Positions 1 to 7,277 of a stretch of 64,000 nt of DNA are shown here, piece by piece. This DNA is from Candidatus Sulfomarinibacteraceae bacterium (GTDB lineage Bacteria; Acidobacteriota; Thermoanaerobaculia; Thermoanaerobaculales; Sulfomarinibacteraceae): assembly GCA_963733915.1 (NCBI GenBank), contig CAVTEP010000001.1, positions 671,710 through 735,709 on the forward strand, given 5' to 3'. Position numbers and translations under genes: made by a program. Numbering within the stretch: position 1 is the first letter of the stretch; the number at the start of each line of letters is the position of its first letter. The notes below the pieces were generated by a model. The model had not been told where the DNA came from. It did no database searches and saw only the letters and a program-made list of their open reading frames with translations.

Positions 1-169
1 AGTCCTGGAGCTTCGTTTTGGTCTGAGTGATGACCAGCCGAAGACATTGCGGGAAATCGGCGAAACAATGGACCTGTCGAGGGAGAGGGTGCGGCAGATT
101 GAAAGCCGAGCGCTCAACAAGCTCAGACGTTCGCACAAGAAGCACTCGTTGAAGGGATTCCTACGTTAA
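1..169 (+). CDS. Sigma-70 family RNA polymerase sigma factor, C-terminal fragment (region 4.2); 5' part outside the window
   Basis: Reading from nt 2: [55 protein letters not shown], stop TAA 167-169. This is the canonical region 4.2 HTH pattern of RpoD/RpoS-type sigmas. Confidence 0.85.
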   Translation, partial: VLELRFGLSDDQPKTLREIGETMDLSRERVRQIESRALNKLRRSHKKHSLKGFLR

Positions 170-207
170 CAAATCGTTAGAACGTTTGAACGTTCAAACG
201 TTTGAAC
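164..207. repeat. E1: AACGTT-unit palindromic repeat between convergent sigma and RDD genes
   Basis: cgttaacaaatcgttagaacgtttgaacgttcaaacgtttgaac. Positions 181-202 (aacgtttgaacgttcaaacgtt) are a perfect palindrome. The element contains both flanking stop codons (167-169 and 194-196). Confidence 0.85.
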
Positions 208-739
208 CTTCGTCATCAGTGTCGGGTTCCGGCTCGATCGGAGATCCGCGTCGAGTCCGACGCACCACCCGCGTGCCGGCCAGGATATCGTGAAGAGCCC
301 TGCGGTCGACCCGTAGGAGGACCAGCAGATGACCCCACTCGAGGGTCACAGAGCTGACACAGTAAGCGGCCAAACGAAGCATCCCTCGAGCCGGACCTAT
401 CGGACATCGTTGACGGTAGTCCGTGATCCGGATACCCATGGCCCATTTACCGGGCGTCGCTCCGAGCAGGCCCCACCCAACCACGAAGTAACACCACCAG
501 AGTGCGATCCAAAGGCCGAGGATGCCGCTGGCGTGGGCCAGCCAGAGGGGTTCAGATGCCGCGCTGGCGAGCTTATCGATGCCGCCCCACGCGGCGCTCC
601 AGTCGAAACGCCGCCAGACCGGCATCGCCATCAGCGCACACAGGCTGCAGTACATCGCCATGTCGAGGAGGGTCGCAACCAGCCGCGATGAGGCGCCGGC
701 CGGTCGCCAACCGTCGGCAAAGTCAAGACGGCGCGGCAC
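194..739 (-). CDS. RDD family membrane protein
   Basis: ORF track 194..781. Motifs RLVATLLDMAM, GATPGKWAMGIRI and RRALHDILAGTRVV plus hydrophobic segments fit the RDD family. I prefer the in-frame GTG at 739-737, which overlaps the upstream TAG (TAGTG), over the GTG at 781. The C-terminal EGSNV* is encoded inside repeat E1. Confidence 0.7.
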   Translation of the reverse strand: MPRRLDFADGWRPAGASSRLVATLLDMAMYCSLCALMAMPVWRRFDWSAAWGGIDKLASAASEPLWLAHASGILGLWIALWWCYFVVGWGLLGATPGKWAMGIRITDYRQRCPIGPARGMLRLAAYCVSSVTLEWGHLLVLLRVDRRALHDILAGTRVVRRTRRGSPIEPEPDTDDEGSNV

Positions 740-2376
740 TACAGCGGGGTGAGCCCGCCACTCTGCTGGTGGGCGAGCCACAGGCCTGAGTACGAGTGGA
801 GAAATCGAAAACGCGACCGATAGACGTGTTCGAGCTGATTGGTGTCACCGCGGAAAACCATGTCATCGATGAACCACTGAAAACGGCGATCGGTGTCCCT
901 GGCCCTGTCGAGGCTGCCGGCGGAGTGCTCGAGAACCTCATACAAACGGTCGGCGTTGTCAGCGTTTTCAAGACGCGTGATCTCCCGTGTTTCATCCTCC
1001 ATCTTGACCCGCAAGGCAGCGCTCATGAGAAAGAATCGGTCCAACTCCCATTCGGCGCTACCCTTCTCGACCTTGCCCTCGGCGAGCTTTCGGTAAACCG
1101 CGATTTCCTTCGCTTCGAGTTTCAGGTTGCGGATCTCCGGCGCGTTCGTGATCTGGGTTGGCAAACGGTCCCACACGACCATCTCGAGCGCAAACATGAT
1201 CTTGTGCAGGGTCTCATTGAGGAGTGGATCGGGCGGAAGAAGATCGGTGAGAGAAGCGGTTTCGCGAGACTCCCTGGTCCCGTTTTCCGCCGCCGAGGTC
1301 TCCGGATTCAAAGCGGTGTCGGAGATCTTGTGGGACGCGGTGGGCGCACGGTCCGAGACCGCGGCCGGGTCCTTGGTCGATCCCAGAGGCCGTTTGGAGG
1401 TTGGATCGAACTGGTTGAGCACTGCGTGCATCGCGCGCGTCATTTCGGCGATATCGTCCCGCTTGACGTTGTCCTTTCGCACCCTCGCCTCGTAGCGCAC
1501 CCGAATCGTACGGAACTCCTCGATCTGTCGCCTGAGCTCGTCGGTTGCGAGTTCCGGGTGGCGGTCGAGGTAACGTTCGATATCGAAGATCCGATTGGTG
1601 TTTTCGATGACCTTGTTCTCTTCGGCTTCGAACAATTCCTTGAACCGGTTCTTGGCGACGATATTGGTCGTCGTGATTTCCACCAACATCGAAGCGTGGA
1701 GGGCGGTTTTTCCGAGTCGCTGTTTGAGCCGGCGGTATCTCTCGTAGACTTTCGACTCGACGAGGGTCTTGTAGTCCACGATGGACTCGAGTTCCCGCCT
1801 GATGGCCCTCACCGCCTCGAGGAGGGCCGTTTCCTCGGCGGAAGGCAGAAGCGGCAAGTCAGTAAGCTCGCTCAGACGCTTGAAATTCGAGGCGAGATCG
1901 GCCTGGTCGCGGGGGGAGATTCGCTCGTCTTCTGACGGTGCCTCGGCGAGACGCGTAAAGAGTATGTCGAGCTTGTCGAGGGTATCCTGCTCGAAATGGT
2001 TCGAGAGCAGATAAAACTTGAGGAGCGCGGAAAGGACCTTTTCGTCTTGCCGTTTGATGTGATCGAAAAACTTTCGCATCACCGACGGAGGGAATTGGCA
2101 CTCGATCTTATCGAGCTCGCGGTGAATCCGGTCCAACTCCCGTTCGATCTGGTCCAGGTCCGGGGTCGCGTCGACCGTGGATTCGACCCCAATTTTGTGG
2201 ACCAACTCCTTGAGCCGGCGATGCAGCGAATGGAAGTCGTAGCTGTACGGCATGGGGCCTTCGTCCAGATGCTTGAGAACGCCTCCGAGGAACTGGTAGA
2301 AGGTCCACTGAGACCTGAAGCGATCGGACAATGTGGTATACCGAGCGCTCGAGGACTGCACCTTATGAGTCTCCAT
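739..2376 (-). CDS. Hypothetical protein, 545 aa, apparently helical/coiled-coil with a central low-complexity linker; no family recognised
   Basis: Long ORF with GC3-rich codon usage and ATG start. The + strand ORF 796..1935 is a shadow frame. Co-directional with, and abutting, the RDD gene. Confidence 0.6.
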   Translation of the reverse strand: METHKVQSSSARYTTLSDRFRSQWTFYQFLGGVLKHLDEGPMPYSYDFHSLHRRLKELVHKIGVESTVDATPDLDQIERELDRIHRELDKIECQFPPSVMRKFFDHIKRQDEKVLSALLKFYLLSNHFEQDTLDKLDILFTRLAEAPSEDERISPRDQADLASNFKRLSELTDLPLLPSAEETALLEAVRAIRRELESIVDYKTLVESKVYERYRRLKQRLGKTALHASMLVEITTTNIVAKNRFKELFEAEENKVIENTNRIFDIERYLDRHPELATDELRRQIEEFRTIRVRYEARVRKDNVKRDDIAEMTRAMHAVLNQFDPTSKRPLGSTKDPAAVSDRAPTASHKISDTALNPETSAAENGTRESRETASLTDLLPPDPLLNETLHKIMFALEMVVWDRLPTQITNAPEIRNLKLEAKEIAVYRKLAEGKVEKGSAEWELDRFFLMSAALRVKMEDETREITRLENADNADRLYEVLEHSAGSLDRARDTDRRFQWFIDDMVFRGDTNQLEHVYRSRFRFLHSYSGLWLAHQQSGGLTPL

Positions 2377-2422
2377 ATCACCTTAGGATACACCGACTTG
2401 CAATGACCGACAACGTGGGAGT

Positions 2423-2992
2423 ATGACAATGCTTGGAGAAATCGTGGTGAGCCGTGACCAGATCCGAGCGATGGTCAAGCGCCTGGCGGGCGAGCTCGAG
2501 GCAGATATCGAGGGGAAATCGCCGGTGTTCATCGGGGTGCTCAAAGGATGCGTGTTCTTTTTTACTGATCTCACGCGCACCATACGAAGATCAATCGAGA
2601 TGGACTTCATCCAGGTCTCCAGTTACGGCGCCAGCACGACGTCGTCGGGCTCGGTGGTGTTGGTCAAAGACATCACGGTCGACGTCCGCGACCGTGATGT
2701 TTATCTCGTTGAGGATATCGTCGACACCGGAACCACCCTCACCGACGTCATCCATCTCATCGAAGCCCGGCACCCGCGGTCAATTCAGGTTGTGTCGCTG
2801 TTGTCGAAACCATCCCGCCGAAAGGTGGATGTCGAAGTCGCGTTCCTGGGAACTGAAATCGAGGACCTGTTCGTGGTCGGCTACGGACTCGATTTTGCAG
2901 AGCGATACCGAAACGTGCCCGACATTCACGTTCTTCATGATTACGAGTCTGAAATGAAAGTCGGCGTAGACCTGGCGAAAGGCGCAGGCTAG
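2423..2992 (+). CDS. hpt: Hypoxanthine(-guanine) phosphoribosyltransferase
   Basis: 189 aa. PRPP-binding motif VYLVEDIVDTGTTL, plus FIGVLKGCVFFFTDL and VVGYGLDFAERYRNVP, typical of HPRT. Confidence 0.9.
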   Translation: MTMLGEIVVSRDQIRAMVKRLAGELEADIEGKSPVFIGVLKGCVFFFTDLTRTIRRSIEMDFIQVSSYGASTTSSGSVVLVKDITVDVRDRDVYLVEDIVDTGTTLTDVIHLIEARHPRSIQVVSLLSKPSRRKVDVEVAFLGTEIEDLFVVGYGLDFAERYRNVPDIHVLHDYESEMKVGVDLAKGAG

Positions 2993-3042
2993 AATGTGCC
3001 AACACAGGCCAGCCCGGGACCTAGGCCGTTGACGGGGGACGG

Positions 3043-5025
3043 ATGAAGCCCAGCGACTACCGCTTGCTGATTCGAGGCGCCGGCGAACTCGCGTCGGCGA
3101 CGGCCCTGCATCTCTATGTACAGGGGTTCCAGCATATCCTCATGCTCGAGCGAAGGTATCCGAAAGCGGTGCGGCGTCAGGTCTGTTTCTCGGAGGCGAT
3201 TCTCGACGGAACCATGACCGTGCAGGGGGTGCGTGGTCGTTATGTTCGCAATGTCGACGAGGTCGACGAAGCGAACCAGGCAGGAGAAATCGCGGTCGCG
3301 GCGCTCGACCTCGAGGATGTCCTCCACAGCTGGCAACCACAGATCTTCATCGAGGCGGCGATGCTGAGGAAGAATTGGGGCTTGAAGAGAGAGATCGCAC
3401 CGGTCGTCATCGCCCTCGGACCGGGGTACGTCGCCCGCAAGGACTGCGATGCGGTCGTCGATACCGTTCGCGGGCCACAGGTTGGCGCGGTTCTCGAGGA
3501 TACCGGTGATCGCCTCAGCGACGCACCGCCGGCCCAGATCATGGGGTACGCCGCGGAGCGCGCGGTGAAGGCAGTTCGTGATGGGATCTTTTTTACCCAG
3601 CACACGATCGGCGGCCAGGTTGAGCGCGGCGAGCGGATCGGCACCGTGGTGTCGGTCTACGGTGTCGAGGATTTTCGGCGTGGGGTGCCGGTTGATGCGT
3701 CCTATCCGGTGACCGCGAGGATTTCGGGTGTCCTGCGGGGGCTCTTGAGAGACGGCGTGCCGGTCAAGCAGGGCGACCGGATTGCCGACATCGATCCGCG
3801 CGGCCGCACCGACGACCTCGACCACATCTCGGACAAATCTCGCCGGGTGGCGGAAGGAGTCCATGAGGCGCTCCTCGGTTTGATTGCCGAGATGGAGCAG
3901 CGGCGGCGGTCGACCGCTCGCAAAAAGCCCGGCGCCGCTGCCGCGAAGTCCCGTGTGAAGGCGTCGCCGAAAGCCGTAGGCAAGCAGGGCGCGAAGAAGA
4001 CGGCCGACGTCAAGAAAACCGCTGCGAAAGAAAAAGTCGTCCCCGAGAAAAACCTTGAAACCGGCCGCGAAAGGCGTTGGGAAGAAATCGACGACGGGCA
4101 GGAAACGCTCGACAAAGCCCTGAGTCGGCGGCGACGGAGTATCGTGGCAAAGATGAGGCGGAGGTTTTGGCGGGCAGTCTGGCGGCTGCGGCCGCCGGTC
4201 CTGGCCTTGGGTGGCGGCGGAGCGCGCGGTTTTGCCCATCTCGGTGTACTTCAGGCTCTCGACGAAGCGGGCCTTGGCGTGCGCGCCATCGTTGGTACGA
4301 GCATGGGAGCGGTTGCCGGCGGGATGTATCTTGCGCACGGTTCCGCCGCCCGCGCCATCGAATTGTGGCGGGAGGCGCTTGACAAGAACCTGATCCCGTC
4401 GGTGCGGCCGATCGGCCGGGTCCCATATGCGGACTCCAAGGAGCACCCGCTGATCCAGGTTGCGCGACGCATACGCAACCGGGTGGTGATCTCTTTCGCC
4501 ATGAACCGCAGCACGATTCTCGATGAGCGGGATCTGGTCGGCGCCCTGCGGTATTTGATCCCAGATGTCGGATTTTCCGATCTTCCAAAACCTCTCGTGG
4601 TCGTGGCAACGAATCTCGAGACCGGGGGCGAGGAGCGATTGCACAGCGGTCGGTTGAGGCCGGCGATGATCGCGACCAGCGCCATCCCGGGTATGGTGCC
4701 GGCGGTCGACGTGGATGGCCGACTTCTGGTGGACGGCGGGGTCGTCGCGGAGGTCCCCGCGGTCGCCGCCTCGGATGTGGGCTGGCCGGTCGTGGCGGTC
4801 GACGTGTCCCTGGACGTCCCGCCGATCGGCAAGAACGACCTGGTTCTCGACACCATGATGCGGACCCAGATGATGACGGCTCGTCTCTTGCGCCAACAAC
4901 AGATGCGGGCGGCGACCCACGTCATCCGGCCGCAGGTCGGCGAGGCCCGGTGGGCCGAATGGCACCGCTTCGACGAGTTCATCGCCGCCGGCCGCGAGGC
5001 GACCCTCGAGTTCCTCGGCCTATAG
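3043..5025 (+). CDS. Fusion protein: N-terminal YqeB/TIGR03309-like domain, Lys/Ala-rich linker, C-terminal patatin-like phospholipase
   Basis: N-terminal part: LLIRGAGELASATALHLYVQGF...RRQVCFSEAILDG...IADIDPRGRTDDLDHISDKSRRVAEGVHEAL resembles the EF2563/YqeB family. Linker: KKPGAAAAKSRVKASPKAVGKQGAKKTADVKKTAAKEK. C-terminal part: GGGGARG oxyanion motif (nt ~4201-4240), GTSMG nucleophile elbow (~4291-4311) and DGG (~4729-4743). Confidence 0.75.
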   Translation: MKPSDYRLLIRGAGELASATALHLYVQGFQHILMLERRYPKAVRRQVCFSEAILDGTMTVQGVRGRYVRNVDEVDEANQAGEIAVAALDLEDVLHSWQPQIFIEAAMLRKNWGLKREIAPVVIALGPGYVARKDCDAVVDTVRGPQVGAVLEDTGDRLSDAPPAQIMGYAAERAVKAVRDGIFFTQHTIGGQVERGERIGTVVSVYGVEDFRRGVPVDASYPVTARISGVLRGLLRDGVPVKQGDRIADIDPRGRTDDLDHISDKSRRVAEGVHEALLGLIAEMEQRRRSTARKKPGAAAAKSRVKASPKAVGKQGAKKTADVKKTAAKEKVVPEKNLETGRERRWEEIDDGQETLDKALSRRRRSIVAKMRRRFWRAVWRLRPPVLALGGGGARGFAHLGVLQALDEAGLGVRAIVGTSMGAVAGGMYLAHGSAARAIELWREALDKNLIPSVRPIGRVPYADSKEHPLIQVARRIRNRVVISFAMNRSTILDERDLVGALRYLIPDVGFSDLPKPLVVVATNLETGGEERLHSGRLRPAMIATSAIPGMVPAVDVDGRLLVDGGVVAEVPAVAASDVGWPVVAVDVSLDVPPIGKNDLVLDTMMRTQMMTARLLRQQQMRAATHVIRPQVGEARWAEWHRFDEFIAAGREATLEFLGL

Positions 5026-5045
5026 GCTGACCAACCGGCCGACGA

Positions 5046-5106
5046 CACCCACCCAACCGAAGAAACGCAAAGTCGCAAAGGCGCAACGACGCAAAGACGC
5101 AAAGGG
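5046..5106. repeat. E2: half element - C-rich clamp (cacccacccaacc) followed by tandem CGCAAAG-type units
   Basis: cacccacccaacc (5046-5058), then aaacgcaaagtcgcaaaggcgcaacgacgcaaagacgcaaaggg (5063-5106). No clear G-rich or complementary partner was seen. Lies in a convergent gap. Confidence 0.6.
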
Positions 5107-5145
5107 CTCGTCGCCAAGACCAATCGAGAATGTTCCCAAGGTGCT

Positions 5146-6597
5146 TCAATTCCCGTGTGTGGCCTGTTGGCGTTCTTTTGCGCGCACCAGCCAGGGTCGC
5201 CAGGTCGGAGATGCCTCGAGGAGGTCGCTCATGGTGCTCACCTCGAGACCGCGTTTGTCGAGTGCTTCGAGGAAGATCGGCAGCTCCTGCCATGGCGGCT
5301 CCTGGCGCTCGGTGGCCATGTGCATCAGGATGATCCCTCCCTCGAGCGTGGGGAATCGCAACAGACGCTCCATGATGCGGGACGAGCTCTGATAGAGCGA
5401 GGAATGCTCGTCGGCAATCCAATCACGGGAGTCGAGAGAGGCCCCCTCCAGCGAGCTCCAGCGCACGTGGAGGTAACCCATCTCGAGCGCCCAACCGCGC
5501 AGGGTCCGGTTTTCCTCACCGAAGGGCGCCCGCCACAACGGCTGCAGTTTGCGTCCGGTGGCCGCGGCGAAGGCTACTTCGGTTCGGCGCAGCTCTTTCC
5601 GAAACCACTCCCGGGTAACTCCGGGTCGCAGGCTCTGGCGGCGATTCTGTTCGTAGGTGGTGAGGTGCGGGTGGGAGTAGGTGTGATTGCCGATCTCGTG
5701 GCCGGCGAGGACGGCGCGCCGGATAATTGCCGGATACCGTTCGATGAACTGGCCGGTGACGAACAGGGTGACGCGGAGGTCGTGCTGATGGAGAAGATCG
5801 AGGAGCTCTGCGGTGCGATTTGTCGAGGCATTGCCATCGAAAGTGATAGCGATTCTGGGGCCCGCGTCCGGGACCAGCTGAAGCTCCGGTGGCGCGATCA
5901 TCGGAGTCGGTCCGTTCTTCGGCATGGGGTCGCGACCGTCGGCGGCGGCCATCTGCGCCTGGCGAGCTCTCGCCACGGGGGTGGGGGCTATCGCCGGAGT
6001 TGCAGTCGATGCGGTTGCTCTGGTGATTGTCGGGGTCGGGAGTCGAGGCAGATCGAGGTCGATACCCGTGCGCGTCAGCGGCACGAGCCGAACCGGCCCG
6101 CCGTCGGGGTCGAGCTCGATATCCCCGGTCGTTCCTCGCCCTTCGGCATCGATCGCCAGGACGGCCACCGGTCTGCCGTTCCGGAGCACGATTACGTTTA
6201 TCCCCGGAGGACCCTCTGCCTCGATCCGAAGACGCCCGTCCTCGACAACGGCGCGGGCTTGAATCTCAATCTGATCGTCGGCATCGGCCCGCGATCCGCC
6301 AAGCTCGCGGCTGACCTCGACCAGCTCGCCGACCTTTGTGCCGACGGTTGTGAGCAGGAGCGCCGACACGCCGGCGACGACGGCAATGACCCAGGCTGGA
6401 TGCACCGGGCTCCGAAGGCGAGACACGGTTGTGGCGAAGCCGTCGCGCGTTGCCCCGACGGCCTGACATTTGCGTCCGCAGTAGACGCGGCCTCGGTATC
6501 GATTGAAACAGAGCTCGCAGAGCCATTTTTGGCAGCTGCAGCAACGCTGGCTGGCCTCCTTCGAGGGGTGATTGGTGCAGTGCGACGTGACCCGCAT
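5146..6597 (-). CDS. Polysaccharide deacetylase (NodB homology domain) with N-terminal B-box-like zinc finger, TM segment and Pro/Thr linker
   Basis: ORF track 5146..6723. C-terminal ITFDGNASTNRT...LFVTGQFIERYP...GHEIGNHTYSHPHLT is a NodB/CE4 signature. N-terminus CTNHPSKEASQRCCSCQKWLCELCFNRYRGRVYCGRKC is a Cys/His zinc finger. The ATG at 6597 (MRVTSHCTNHP) is preferred over 6723, but the start is uncertain. Confidence 0.75.
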   Translation of the reverse strand: MRVTSHCTNHPSKEASQRCCSCQKWLCELCFNRYRGRVYCGRKCQAVGATRDGFATTVSRLRSPVHPAWVIAVVAGVSALLLTTVGTKVGELVEVSRELGGSRADADDQIEIQARAVVEDGRLRIEAEGPPGINVIVLRNGRPVAVLAIDAEGRGTTGDIELDPDGGPVRLVPLTRTGIDLDLPRLPTPTITRATASTATPAIAPTPVARARQAQMAAADGRDPMPKNGPTPMIAPPELQLVPDAGPRIAITFDGNASTNRTAELLDLLHQHDLRVTLFVTGQFIERYPAIIRRAVLAGHEIGNHTYSHPHLTTYEQNRRQSLRPGVTREWFRKELRRTEVAFAAATGRKLQPLWRAPFGEENRTLRGWALEMGYLHVRWSSLEGASLDSRDWIADEHSSLYQSSSRIMERLLRFPTLEGGIILMHMATERQEPPWQELPIFLEALDKRGLEVSTMSDLLEASPTWRPWLVRAKERQQATHGN

Positions 6598-6734
6598 CTC
6601 AACCAGGGGCGCCGACGTGACGGTTGCGGCTTTCCCCGCTAGAATCAATGGACCCGGGCTGAGTTCTCGAAATCGTCCGGTGGCTGGGCGGCTGCCTCGA
6701 GAAGGGTGAAGCCCGGACCGCAAGGGGGCGGCAT

Positions 6735-7277
6735 ATGTGGAACATTCCCAATCTGTTGACCGTGTTTCGCATCTTTCTCGTGCCGCTCCTCGTGGTGGTG
6801 CTTCTGACCGAGGTGCCTGACAAGGAATATTGGGGACTGGGGATCTTTCTCCTGGCGGCCCTCACCGATGCCCTTGACGGAATTATAGCCCGCCGGACCA
6901 AGACCATCACGACTACGGGAGCGATGCTCGACCCGATTGCTGACAAGCTGCTGATGAGCGCCGCCTTCATCTCGCTCGTAGAGCTGCAGCAGGCGCCGGC
7001 CTGGATGGTGACCTTGATTGTCGGTCGTGAGTTTGCGGTCACCGCCCTGCGAATGATTGCACTTGAGCGTGGCATCGCCATCTCCGCGAACTGGCTCGGG
7101 AAAGCGAAGACGACGAGCCAGATCATCACGGTGTCGATCCTCATCTTCAGTCTCAACTCCGATCGCTGGCATATCATCGCCCTGATCGCGCTGTGGATCA
7201 CCGTCTCGCTGACGGTGGCATCGATGGCCGTCTATTTCTGGCAGAACCGCCGTGTGCTGGTCGAGGAGGCCGAGTGA
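6735..7277 (+). CDS. pgsA: CDP-diacylglycerol--glycerol-3-phosphate 3-phosphatidyltransferase
   Basis: 180 aa. N-terminal NIPNLLTVFRIFLVP and the CDP-alcohol phosphatidyltransferase motif DALDGIIARRTKTITTTGAMLDPIADKLL. Confidence 0.9.
   Translation: MWNIPNLLTVFRIFLVPLLVVVLLTEVPDKEYWGLGIFLLAALTDALDGIIARRTKTITTTGAMLDPIADKLLMSAAFISLVELQQAPAWMVTLIVGREFAVTALRMIALERGIAISANWLGKAKTTSQIITVSILIFSLNSDRWHIIALIALWITVSLTVASMAVYFWQNRRVLVEEAE

Noticed and set aside
2989-4965. Very long antisense or alternative-frame ORFs (2989..4965 -, 5155..6642 +, 796..1935 +, 15658..17763 -, 21111..22538 -, 13525..14646 -, 52569..53891 -, 60224..61681 -, and others)
   Set aside because: These are typical high-GC shadow ORFs opposite genes with strong family signatures (patatin fusion, deacetylase, secA/guaB, OmpA, actF, PLD). 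Their translations are Arg/Pro/Gly-rich low-complexity sequence with no motifs.
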